Shown: in pieces, positions 46,634 to 55,498 of the stretch
How positions within the stretch are numbered: position 1 is the first letter of the stretch
Layout of the letters: each line of letters opens with the position of its first letter
The notes under the pieces: model-generated
Seen by the model: the letters and a program-made list of their open reading frames with translations, nothing else
Databases searched by the model: none
Told to the model about the DNA's origin: nothing
Program-made: the position numbers and the translations under genes
Origin: Candidatus Omnitrophota bacterium
GTDB lineage: Bacteria; Omnitrophota; Gorgyraeia; Zapsychrales; Zapsychraceae
Direction: 5' to 3'
Length of the DNA stretch: 64,000 nt
NCBI GenBank assembly: GCA_029261065.1
Contig: JAJDCB010000022.1
Location: 443-64,442, forward strand

Positions 46634-48754
46634 ATGAATGAAAAAAATCCTTCCTCTCATTTATCCCAAAACAAAAATTTAACAATCGCTCTTGCCGGAA
46701 ATCCCAATTGCGGAAAAACAACGTTATTTAATGCGTTGACGAAATTAAAACAGAAGGTTGGGAATTACCCTGGAGTAACTGTTGAAAAAAAGACAGGGTC
46801 TTTTGATCTTGCTTCTGGCAGAGAAGTAGAAGTTATTGATTTACCTGGTACATACAGTTTATCTGTTCGCACACCCGATGAAGAGGTTGCTCGAGAGGTT
46901 TTGTTAGGAAGAGAGCCTGGAACGGAAAGACCAGATTTGGTTGTATGCATCGTGGATGCGGGAAACTTAGAGCGAAATCTTTATCTCGTTTCACAAATTC
47001 AAGACCTACAGATTCCGATGGTTGTTGCATTAAACATGATGGATGAGGTTGAAAGCCAAGGATGTAAGATTGATGTAGAGAGATTTTCAAAATTGTTAGG
47101 ACTTCCTGTTATCCCGATGGTGGCTAATCAAGGACAGGGAATAGGGGAGCTAAAAAAAGTTTTAGATCAGGGGGTTGAGGTTACTTACGAACGCCATTGG
47201 CGTATGTCCGCCTTAATGGAGGAGGATTTAGAAAGTATTGTTCAACTGCTTATGGAGAAAGGTGATTTAGATCGTTCTCAAGCTTTTTTTGAGGCTGTAT
47301 TTTTAATATCTAGTGCAGCTCAAATTCCAGATGACAATAAGTTGCATGGTGTGGATATGACGTTTTCAAAAGAAGTGAAAGGGGAGTTGAATCAAATTCA
47401 TGCTCGATTAGTTCGACAAGGTGTAAGAGCGCGTTCGGCTGCTATTGAAGCACGATATGAATGGATTAAATCCGTTGTTAAGAAAACAGTTGTTGAACCC
47501 TTAACGCCTTTGATGAATTGGACGCATAAGATTGATTCGGTATTAACGCATAAAGTTTGGGGTTGGTTTGCTTTTCTTGGCATGATGGCTTTTATGTTTT
47601 ACATGATTTTTACTGTAGCGACTTATCCGATGGATTTGATTGATACCACGTTTAGTTCGTTATCTAATTACGTCACACAAATTATGCCACCTGGTGATTT
47701 ACGTGATCTTATTACTGATGGTATTTTAGCTGGTGTGGGTGGCGTTATTATTTTTTTACCACAAATTTTGATCTTATTCTTTTTTATCGGACTTCTTCAA
47801 GATACGGGTTACATGGCACGAGCAGCTTTTATTATGGATAGACTCATGAGTAAGGTGGGGCTTCATGGAAAATCGTTTATACCTCTCTTAAGTTCTTTTG
47901 CATGTGCGATACCTGGTATTATGGCAGCAAGAACAATTGAAAATCCTAAAGATCGTTTGGTGACCATTTTAGTTGCCCCCTTAATGAGTTGTTCGGCACG
48001 ACTTCCTGTTTATACCATTTTGATTGCCGTATTACTTCCTCAAGCTTCAGCATGGGAGAAATCAGGTATTATGCTCATTATGTATTTGTTAGGAATTGTC
48101 GGTGCTTGTTTGATGGGGTGGTTGTTTAAGAAAACATTACTGCGAGGTCAAAAACCTTCTTTTATTATGGAGCTGCCACCCTATCGTTTTCCATCTGTAA
48201 AAGTTATCATATTGCAGATGTGGGAGAGAAGCCGATTATTCGTAAAGCGTGCCGGAACCATTATTCTGACACTTTCAATTGTGTTGTGGGCCTTAATGAG
48301 TTTTCCTAAACATGAAACGCTAGAACCCTCACAAGCTTTAAAACAAAGTTACGCGGGTCAAATGGGAACCGCTTTGGAGCCTATCATTAAACCTCTAGGA
48401 TATGATTGGCGTGTTGGCATTGGATTAATTGGATCTTTCGCAGCACGTGAGGTGTTTGTTAGTACGATGAGCATAGTATTTAATCTAGATGAGGATGCCG
48501 AGGATCTGACATTGCGCGATGCATTTTCAAAGGCTCATTGGCCGGATGGACGAACGCTATTTACGCCATTGGTCTGTGTGAGTTTAATGGTCTTTTATGT
48601 TTTTGCCTTACAATGTGTCAGTACAATTGTCGTGGTTTTTAAAGAAACTGAGAGTTGGCGCTGGACACTTTTTCAGCTTGTTTATATGACGGCCTTAGCC
48701 TACTTCTGTGCTTTCCTTGTGTTTCAAGGCGGGAGAATGTTTGGCTTTAGTTAG
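46634..48754 (+). CDS. feoB: Ferrous iron transporter FeoB
   Basis: G-domain GNPNCGKTTLFN, DLPG, NMMD, then polytopic nucleoside-transporter-like membrane domains. Confidence 0.95.
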   Translation: MNEKNPSSHLSQNKNLTIALAGNPNCGKTTLFNALTKLKQKVGNYPGVTVEKKTGSFDLASGREVEVIDLPGTYSLSVRTPDEEVAREVLLGREPGTERPDLVVCIVDAGNLERNLYLVSQIQDLQIPMVVALNMMDEVESQGCKIDVERFSKLLGLPVIPMVANQGQGIGELKKVLDQGVEVTYERHWRMSALMEEDLESIVQLLMEKGDLDRSQAFFEAVFLISSAAQIPDDNKLHGVDMTFSKEVKGELNQIHARLVRQGVRARSAAIEARYEWIKSVVKKTVVEPLTPLMNWTHKIDSVLTHKVWGWFAFLGMMAFMFYMIFTVATYPMDLIDTTFSSLSNYVTQIMPPGDLRDLITDGILAGVGGVIIFLPQILILFFFIGLLQDTGYMARAAFIMDRLMSKVGLHGKSFIPLLSSFACAIPGIMAARTIENPKDRLVTILVAPLMSCSARLPVYTILIAVLLPQASAWEKSGIMLIMYLLGIVGACLMGWLFKKTLLRGQKPSFIMELPPYRFPSVKVIILQMWERSRLFVKRAGTIILTLSIVLWALMSFPKHETLEPSQALKQSYAGQMGTALEPIIKPLGYDWRVGIGLIGSFAAREVFVSTMSIVFNLDEDAEDLTLRDAFSKAHWPDGRTLFTPLVCVSLMVFYVFALQCVSTIVVVFKETESWRWTLFQLVYMTALAYFCAFLVFQGGRMFGFS

Positions 48755-48759
48755 AATTT

Positions 48760-49047
48760 ATGGACTTTGAATCGTATCAAAATTCGCTTAATAACCACAC
48801 TCCTCCAGAAGGTTTATCAACACTTCTTGAAGCTTTATGGTGGGATGCTAAAGGTAATTGGGAAAAGGCCCATCAATTAGCACAAGGTGTCAATAACACC
48901 GACGGTGCGTGGGTTCACGCTTATTTACATCGTAAAGAAGGCAATGATGGTAACGCGGGCTATTGGTACAGTCGATCCGGAAAATCTCACCCTCAGAAAT
49001 CTCTCGACGATGAATGGCTAGAAATTGTCGAATTTTTCCTCGATTAA
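48760..49047 (+). CDS. Small hypothetical protein downstream of feoB
   Basis: 95 aa, Trp/His-rich (EALWWDAKGNWEKAHQLAQ...WVHAYLHRKEG). No domain recognised. Confidence 0.45.
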   Translation: MDFESYQNSLNNHTPPEGLSTLLEALWWDAKGNWEKAHQLAQGVNNTDGAWVHAYLHRKEGNDGNAGYWYSRSGKSHPQKSLDDEWLEIVEFFLD

Positions 49048-49262
49048 TAACGTTATTTTTCTCAAGAAAACGCTTTCCTTAAACCCCTCTCGACGGGTTT
49101 TTTATTAAATAATATATGTCATACTATACATAGGGAGCCAGAACTTGGTTTAGTTTTCTTACCGGCTCATGTCTTTGAATTATATAAAGCTCGTTGTTTT
49201 GAACCGCAATGAATATCTCCTTGTTTTATAGAGGAGAAATCTTTTAAAGGTGGTGATAGCAA

Positions 49263-50282
49263 ATGAAGCGATTTGTTATTTACGTATGTGGTCTTCTGTT
49301 AGTTCCTACATTTTGTCTAGCCGAAGTTGTTTCTTCTCAAGACGGCCCTTCTCAGGGTATCAATTTACAAGAAGAAAATATCCAAATTTCTTATGGTGGT
49401 ACAACATTGAATTTTCTTAATGAAAATATCGTCTCTGTTGAGCTTGATGATGTTAAAGAGGAGAAGAAGTTTGTTATCCCTTTTTTACTTGGAGAGGCCG
49501 AAGCGGCACCAGAATCAACAAGCCATGTTATTCAGTCGTTTTTGGAATCTCAAAATACGATTCAAAATGCTTGGGCGTTAGATCAATTAAAGCAATATGT
49601 GTCGAAAGATTATTATCAATCTTTAAGTCAAAGAATCGATAATGGAGCAAACGAAAAGGTCGTTTTGTTGATGATGCAAAATTTACGACCTGATTTCGCG
49701 GAGGTTAGGGATGTTCGTATAAATGAAGGACAAGCTAAGCTGATTGCCGTTGGTGATTCTTCTTATGGGGAACTTTACGGTGTTATTGATTTAGTAAGGG
49801 AAGATACTCAATGGAAAATTAGCCGTGAAGCTTGGATGGCAGGGGATAAAGCACACATTCAAGAAAAAGCCCACATCGTTAGAGCTATTAATCCTGTGAA
49901 ATTGGAATCTATGAAAGAGCGTATCGATATCTCGACTTTTAACATGCAAATGCCTGCCTATAAATATAATACGAGTTTGTTGCCTTTAAAGCGTGTGCAT
50001 TCGTATGTGAAAAAGGAAGCTTTTATGTTTGTTTTTTTTAAAGAGCGAGGACAATCAATTGAAAAAAAGCTAAATGAAGAAGATTCGACAAGAAAACAGA
50101 TGCATGTCTTATGGACAGGACCAAAAGAGGTGTTGCCTGATCAAAAGTTGTATAAAGATCGGTATCCCATGGATATTTCTATTGCCAATCAAAAAGATGG
50201 CTATTCGCCTGGGATGTTAAATGTGCGTCTTCCTAAGAAAAAACCGAGAGAGGTTTGGGGTGCGTTTTTATACAATTTTTAG
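49263..50282 (+). CDS. Hypothetical secreted protein
   Basis: Signal peptide, 339 aa, RBS aaaggtgg. Confidence 0.5.
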   Translation: MKRFVIYVCGLLLVPTFCLAEVVSSQDGPSQGINLQEENIQISYGGTTLNFLNENIVSVELDDVKEEKKFVIPFLLGEAEAAPESTSHVIQSFLESQNTIQNAWALDQLKQYVSKDYYQSLSQRIDNGANEKVVLLMMQNLRPDFAEVRDVRINEGQAKLIAVGDSSYGELYGVIDLVREDTQWKISREAWMAGDKAHIQEKAHIVRAINPVKLESMKERIDISTFNMQMPAYKYNTSLLPLKRVHSYVKKEAFMFVFFKERGQSIEKKLNEEDSTRKQMHVLWTGPKEVLPDQKLYKDRYPMDISIANQKDGYSPGMLNVRLPKKKPREVWGAFLYNF

Positions 50283-50335
50283 ATAATTTTGACTAGATAT
50301 TGCATCAGATGTATTTTGTTTGTATAATTTAAGAG

Positions 50336-50626
50336 ATGAAACGACAAGGCGACTTACTTATTATTGCAGTTGAAGATATTCCGGCTAAAGCCAAGAAGTT
50401 AGATCATTTAATTTTGGCTGAAGGCGAGAAAACGGGCCATTTACATCAGTTAGATCATGGTGCAGTTTATGAAAAAGATGAGTATCTCTATTTCCAAGTT
50501 CCTTCCCTTAGTGAGGTCACCTTAACACATCCCGAACATGGTGCTGTTGTTTTTACACCAGGCCGCTATAAAGTTATTCGTCAACGTGAGTATGCGCCGG
50601 AAGGTTGGCGGTATGTACAAGACTAA
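50336..50626 (+). CDS. Small hypothetical protein (beta-rich, His-containing)
   Basis: 96-aa ORF whose end overlaps the start of the MORN-repeat gene. Confidence 0.4.
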   Translation: MKRQGDLLIIAVEDIPAKAKKLDHLILAEGEKTGHLHQLDHGAVYEKDEYLYFQVPSLSEVTLTHPEHGAVVFTPGRYKVIRQREYAPEGWRYVQD

Positions 50627-51482
50627 ATATATTTATACGCTTTTGCAAGAATCTAAACGCAAAGGCTTATTGCATTCTTACAAGAATGAAACCAATGCTT
50701 CATTAATCATTAATGAAGCATTTTTTAATGATGGGTCCAGGCGTTTTCAATATTCATTGTTAAACGGTAAATTGCATGGTGTTGGTCGTTTGTGGCATGA
50801 AAATGGTCAGCTTCTTGAAGAGGAGCCTTGGTATAAAGGGATTTATCATGGGCGATATAGAAAATGGTATGACAGTGGTCGTCTTTGTGAGGAGGCATTT
50901 TTTGTTAATAACGAATATAATCAAAGACACCGTTTTTGGTATGCAAATGGTAATCTAAAATCGGAATGTTTGTATGAATCGAATAAAATAAATGGTCTAT
51001 TTATGGAATGGTTTGAAAATGGCATGCCAAAATCGAGTGTGACGTATGTCAATGGTTTGAGGCACGGGATTGAAAAGGAATATGACGTTCAAGGTAAACT
51101 CATTTCAAGAAAATTGTATATACGGGGTGTTATGTTAACGGGAAAGACGGCGTTACTTATTAAGAAAAATCAGTTAACAGCGAAAAAGATCATGACGATG
51201 AAAAATGCGGCTGTTAGAAGGATTTGTTTAGAAGAAATGGGTTATGAACGGTTTTTAATGAATGTTGATCATAGTGTTATTGATCATAACGAAAAAGGTG
51301 ATCTTATTAAAATATGTTGGCACAAGAATGAAGAACCTCTTATGGTTGTGAAAGTACGATGCCCATCAACAGGAGCTTTCTACACTCTTCGCGTTCCCCC
51401 TCATATGCGCACAGCGCCAGAAGCGATTGCATGGACATTCGGCCTGCAAGAGCAAGATTATCAGCCTATTGAAGAAACTTAA
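50613..51482 (+). CDS. MORN/YwqK-type repeat protein with a conserved C-terminal domain of unknown function
   Basis: Repeats G.LHG....WHENGQL, YKGIYHGRYRKWYDSGRL, WYANGNLKSE, MEWFENGMPK. C-terminal block CPSTGAFYTLRVPP...EAIAWTFG. Start uncertain: in-frame ATGs at 50538, 50592 and 50613. Confidence 0.55.
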   Translation: MYKTKYIYTLLQESKRKGLLHSYKNETNASLIINEAFFNDGSRRFQYSLLNGKLHGVGRLWHENGQLLEEEPWYKGIYHGRYRKWYDSGRLCEEAFFVNNEYNQRHRFWYANGNLKSECLYESNKINGLFMEWFENGMPKSSVTYVNGLRHGIEKEYDVQGKLISRKLYIRGVMLTGKTALLIKKNQLTAKKIMTMKNAAVRRICLEEMGYERFLMNVDHSVIDHNEKGDLIKICWHKNEEPLMVVKVRCPSTGAFYTLRVPPHMRTAPEAIAWTFGLQEQDYQPIEET

Positions 51483-51493
51483 TCTAGGGAATT

Positions 51494-51590
51494 CCAACAG
51501 GACATAGGTAGTCGCGGTATTTCGAGCTCAAACAACTTCGCTTGCGCTCGTAACTCGCGCGAAATACCACGGTTGCCTATGTTCTGTTGG
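51494..51590. repeat. Large imperfect palindrome (31-nt arms ccaacaggacataggtagtcgcggtatttcg / cgaaataccacggttgcctatgttctgttgg around a GC-rich 35-nt centre)
   Basis: Arms read directly from the sequence; about 25 of 31 positions are complementary. Intergenic between two + strand genes. Confidence 0.5.
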
Positions 51591-51636
51591 TTGCAAGATT
51601 GGTAAACTTTTAATACCTTGACGCTATGTAAAGTTA

Positions 51637-52521
51637 ATGTTAAAAATACGTACTTATCTTAGACGATATTTTAAATTTAGAGAGGACTTTTCAGTGAATA
51701 AAATAATTATGGCTATATGTTTGTGTTTTTTGACAGGTTGCAGCGCAACGGTCCAAAATCGTGATGATATTTTCAAGCAATCTCAAAAAATAAAGCAAGC
51801 CAATGCTATCAAAGAGGAAGTCGTTGATCTAAAGAAACCATTGTTGCTCTTGCCGGAGTCTGAAGAACTAGTCTATAAAGCCAAATATCTAGGCATTACT
51901 GTCGGAGAGATGCGGACGAAGATTGTTGGAAAGACACAATTACGCGGTGTGGAGGTTACGCATTTTGAGATGACAGCCACTACAAATGCCTTTTTCTCCA
52001 AATTTTTTAAAGTCAACGATCGTTTTGTTGCGTATATGGATGTTAAGAATCATCGTGTTCTAAGGCATGAAGAATATAGGCACGAAGGTGGCTATAACAA
52101 AGAGGCGGTAGTTGATTTTTATTATGATGAAGGGATTGCGCATTTTAGAAATGCTGTTGATAATACAGAAAAGAAAGTCAAAATTCCTAAAGAAGGTGTA
52201 TTTGATATTTTAGGCGCGAATTATTATTTTCGTATGGTGCCGTGGGAATTAGGCGACACGGTTGAGTTTAAGCTTTATGTGGAGGAGAAGATTTATGGTT
52301 TTGTAGGATTAGTGAAATCAAAGACAAAGGTGCATGTTCATAAGCAAGGCAGAAAGGAAGCTTATAAATTTCTCCCGTACGCTTTCTTAAATGGAGATGA
52401 AGTTAAGGATGGATCAGCGATAGCTTTTTTCTCAACGGAAGAATATCGAATCCCGCTACGTGGTATGGTTAAAACACCAATATTTGGAAGCGCCTCTATA
52501 TCGCTGCACGAGACAAAGTAA
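51637..52521 (+). CDS. Putative lipoprotein, function unknown
   Basis: Lipobox-like FLTGCSA after a hydrophobic stretch. The real start is probably internal, near 51700. Confidence 0.45.
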   Translation: MLKIRTYLRRYFKFREDFSVNKIIMAICLCFLTGCSATVQNRDDIFKQSQKIKQANAIKEEVVDLKKPLLLLPESEELVYKAKYLGITVGEMRTKIVGKTQLRGVEVTHFEMTATTNAFFSKFFKVNDRFVAYMDVKNHRVLRHEEYRHEGGYNKEAVVDFYYDEGIAHFRNAVDNTEKKVKIPKEGVFDILGANYYFRMVPWELGDTVEFKLYVEEKIYGFVGLVKSKTKVHVHKQGRKEAYKFLPYAFLNGDEVKDGSAIAFFSTEEYRIPLRGMVKTPIFGSASISLHETK

Positions 52522-52526
52522 ATAAA

Positions 52527-53312
52527 ATGAAAAACAACGTTCCTAAAAGCACAGTATTTATTCAAGACGTCCAAAAGCTTCGTCGTAGGGAGCATCGATT
52601 GAGAATGGGATTAACGATTGTTGAAGGTTATCCTGAGTTACGAAAAGCTATGGATGCTGGTGTGCGGATCGAAACACTTTATATATGTAAGAAACTTTTT
52701 ACACCGAAGCCTAACGAGTTTGATAATGAAAATATTATCTATGTGACTGTTGATGAGTTTGATCAAATGGCATTTGGTGATCGTTTAAAGGGAATATTAG
52801 CTTTATGCGCTCCCAAGCAAAATACATTCGTTGATTTAAAATTTAAAAAAAATCCTTTTTTTGTCGTGTTAGAAGGCGTTGAAAAGCCAGGAAATCTTGG
52901 AGCTGTTGTTCGTACCTGTGATGGCGCCGGTGTCGATGGTGTTATTATGTGTGAGGGGCGGACAGATGTTTATAATCATAATGTCGTTCGATCCAGTTTA
53001 GGGACCATTTTTGTGGTGCCGACTTTGGCTGCAACTAAAGAAGAAACCTTTGCCTTTTTTAGAAAGCATAACGTGCGGATTTATGCGACAACATCAAAGG
53101 CGACCACGTATTATTCAAATTGTGATTTTAATCATCCTAGTGCCATTGTTGTTGGTAGCGAGCATGAAGGGTTGTCCTCTTTTTGGTTGGAGAACTCTGA
53201 TGACGTTGTAAAAATTCCGATGGCAGGTCAATCGAGTAGCTTAAATGTGGGGATAAGTGCTTCAATTCTCATTTATGAGGCTATGCGTCAAAGGCAATTC
53301 AAAAAATCGTAA
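52527..53312 (+). CDS. SpoU/TrmH-family RNA 2'-O-methyltransferase
   Basis: SPOUT motifs VLEGVEKPGNLGAVVRTCDGAG, VVGSEHEGLS and SLNVGISASI. Confidence 0.85.
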   Translation: MKNNVPKSTVFIQDVQKLRRREHRLRMGLTIVEGYPELRKAMDAGVRIETLYICKKLFTPKPNEFDNENIIYVTVDEFDQMAFGDRLKGILALCAPKQNTFVDLKFKKNPFFVVLEGVEKPGNLGAVVRTCDGAGVDGVIMCEGRTDVYNHNVVRSSLGTIFVVPTLAATKEETFAFFRKHNVRIYATTSKATTYYSNCDFNHPSAIVVGSEHEGLSSFWLENSDDVVKIPMAGQSSSLNVGISASILIYEAMRQRQFKKS

Positions 53313-53542
53313 GTAGCTCTCTTGTGAAACATTTTTTGGTAATTCTGTTAGTTTTATCCTTTTCAAATACTTCCGTAATATAGAATTATAAACATATGCA
53401 GTTAATATAGTTATGAGCGATAACTATTTTGAAAGGGTTCCAGATAGCAAAATTTTACTGGTTTTTTTAAGGATTTTCCATATAATAGACTCTCCTTTAT
53501 ATGCGGCTTACAATTTTTTAACGTTAAGGAGGCAAATCAGTT

Positions 53543-53731
53543 ATGGCGGAATTCTGGGAACAACAATTGATGGATAGGCTTCTAAATCTGGCATTTGAAT
53601 ATCGTGTCAGCGAAAAAGAAATTATGCCTGCCAAACAAGTCAATGAAGTGATGGATTTTGTGAAGTTTCTCTTAAAGGAACAAGAACAAATAACCATCGA
53701 GAAGATAAAATCGTCAAAAATTAGTATTTAA
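53543..53731 (+). CDS. Small hypothetical protein heading the sulfur-carrier cluster
   Basis: 62 aa. Strong RBS taaggagg. 30 nt upstream of the ThiS-like gene. Confidence 0.4.
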   Translation: MAEFWEQQLMDRLLNLAFEYRVSEKEIMPAKQVNEVMDFVKFLLKEQEQITIEKIKSSKISI

Positions 53732-53760
53732 CGACCTGCAATAATATTTCAAAAGAATAC

Positions 53761-54000
53761 TTGAGGAGTTTTTTTATGAAAATTACTGTCAATGGCAAAG
53801 AAGAGACTATAGAGGGCGCAACTCTTTCTGTGAAGGGTCTTCTCAGTGCTTTAAATGTGTCCCAGCCGGATATGGTGTCTGTGCAACTTAACGGGGCCTT
53901 TGTAAACAAAGAAAATTATGAAACAACAACTGTCAAAGAGGCGGATACGGTTGATTTTCTTTATTTTATGGGTGGGGGAGCTCATATCTTTTCATTATGA
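53761..54000 (+). CDS. ThiS/MoaD-like sulfur-carrier protein with a C-terminal extension beyond the Gly-Gly (HcyS/CysO-like)
   Basis: MKITVNGKEETIEG...VQLNGAFV...DTVDFLYFMGGG then AHIFSL before the stop. The stop overlaps the metY start (ATGA). Confidence 0.75.
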   Translation: MRSFFMKITVNGKEETIEGATLSVKGLLSALNVSQPDMVSVQLNGAFVNKENYETTTVKEADTVDFLYFMGGGAHIFSL

Positions 54001-55235
54001 AAGATCCAGATTTTATAACTAAAATTTTACATAATCGTTTTTTAAAAAGCGATCCACATGGTTCAATGCATATGCCTGTGTATGAAAACGTGGCGTTTGA
54101 ATTTGAGAGTGCGGAAGATATCGAATTAGCCTTTCAACGTAAGAAGCCGGCACATATGTACTCGAGAATCAGCAACCCAACGGTAGAAGCCTTTGAACAA
54201 CGTATCAGGGCTGTCACCGATGCTTCGGGTGTTATTGCTGTTTCCTCCGGAATGGCTGCCATTACAAATGTAATCATGACGATTGCAGGTCAAGGCGATA
54301 ACATTATTACAACCAAACATCTTTTTGGAAATACGTATTCTTTATTTGAGAAGACCTTTAAAGATTGGGGTTTGGAAGTTCGATTTGCGGATTTAACACA
54401 AGCGGAATCTCTAAGCCAACTCATTGATGGGAAAACCAAAGCTATCTTTTTTGAAACCATTACCAATCCACAATTAGAAATTGTTGATATCAAGGCTTTA
54501 TCGGAGGTTGCGAAGAAAAATAATGTGTTATTGTTAGCAGACACAACATTAACTCCTCCGTATGTCTTTGAATCAAAGAAATTTGGTGTTGATGTCGAGG
54601 TTCTTTCAAGTACAAAATATATTTCCGGTGGTGCTACAACTGTTGGCGGTCTTATTATTGATAATGGTTTCTTTGATTGGAGCAAAAATGAGAAGTTAGC
54701 CGATGATGCCAAACAATTTGGTCCTTTTGCTTTTATTAGTCGACTCAGACGACAAGTTTATCGTAATTTAGGTTCATGCATGTCAGCGCATTGTGCTTTT
54801 TTACAAAGTGTTGGTTTAGAGACTCTTCCTTTGAGGGTTGATGTTTCTTGTGCGAATGCATTAACTGTTGCAAATTATTTAGAAGAAAATCCTTTAGTTA
54901 AGAAGGTCGATTATCCTGGATTACAAAGTTCACCTTATCATGATATTGCTGAGCAACAATTTGGAGATAGGTCTGGGGGACTTTTAACGTTTGATTTAGA
55001 ATCGAAGGACGTTTGTTTTAAGTTTATGAATAAACTAAAACTTATCAGACGTTCTACTAATCTAAATGATAATCGAACACTTATTCTGCATCCGGCGTCG
55101 ACCATTTTTTGTGAATATGATGATGCGCTTAAAGAAGAGATGCATGTTAGAGAAACAATGATAAGGCTGTCTGTTGGTATTGAGGGTGTGCATGATTTGA
55201 TGAATGATATCGAACAAGCGTTAGCGGTCGGATAA
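53997..55235 (+). CDS. metY: O-acetylhomoserine sulfhydrylase / Cys-Met-metabolism PLP-dependent enzyme (MetY-like)
   Basis: PF01053-type pattern. N-terminal MHMPVYENVAFEF. PLP-lysine motif SSTKYISGG. Confidence 0.85.
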   Translation: MKDPDFITKILHNRFLKSDPHGSMHMPVYENVAFEFESAEDIELAFQRKKPAHMYSRISNPTVEAFEQRIRAVTDASGVIAVSSGMAAITNVIMTIAGQGDNIITTKHLFGNTYSLFEKTFKDWGLEVRFADLTQAESLSQLIDGKTKAIFFETITNPQLEIVDIKALSEVAKKNNVLLLADTTLTPPYVFESKKFGVDVEVLSSTKYISGGATTVGGLIIDNGFFDWSKNEKLADDAKQFGPFAFISRLRRQVYRNLGSCMSAHCAFLQSVGLETLPLRVDVSCANALTVANYLEENPLVKKVDYPGLQSSPYHDIAEQQFGDRSGGLLTFDLESKDVCFKFMNKLKLIRRSTNLNDNRTLILHPASTIFCEYDDALKEEMHVRETMIRLSVGIEGVHDLMNDIEQALAVG

Positions 55236-55253
55236 TTTTTAAATAGCATGAAA

Positions 55254-55356
55254 GATACAAGTAACAAGATACAAGACACAAAAAATAATCAATGACCAAA
55301 AAGAAAATAACCAAAGAGTTTGATTATTCAGTCATTGGATATTGATTATTTTTTGC
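55254..55356. repeat. MITE-like palindromic repeat, copy A (acaagNNacaag heptamer-like units plus the caaaaaataatcaa...aataaccaaa hairpin)
   Basis: Close match to the reverse complement of the right arm of copy B at 56326..56451. Internal inverted repeat caaaaaataatcaatgac / gtcattgg..attgattattttttg. Confidence 0.6.
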
Positions 55357-55360
55357 CAAA

Positions 55361-55435
55361 GCGTCAAGAGACGCTGGTTCGGCCGTAGGCCGAATAACTT
55401 GCCCCGCCTTTGGCGGGGTCCCGCTAACAGCGGGA
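55361..55435. repeat. Array of four consecutive GC-rich stem-loops (gcgtc..gacgc; ttcggcc..ggccgaa; gccccgcc..ggcggggtc; cccgct..agcggg)
   Basis: Read directly from the sequence. Strongly GC-rich relative to the local AT-rich context. REP-like or a structured RNA. Confidence 0.5.
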
Positions 55436-55498
55436 TACCTTGTACCTTGGTTATTTTATAGAATTCTGACAATATCTACTTTCGGTTGAGGAGACAAT

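Noticed and set aside
51494-51590. Integron attC site interpretation of the large palindrome
   Set aside because: The terminal core sites do not match RYYYAAC/GTTRRRY. No integrase or cassette-like short promoterless ORFs are nearby.
53313-53542. SAM (S-box) riboswitch upstream of the methionine/homocysteine cluster
   Set aside because: No S-box conserved cores (e.g. the kink-turn and AUC...GAG pairing blocks) are recognisable. The region is AT-rich with a plain RBS.
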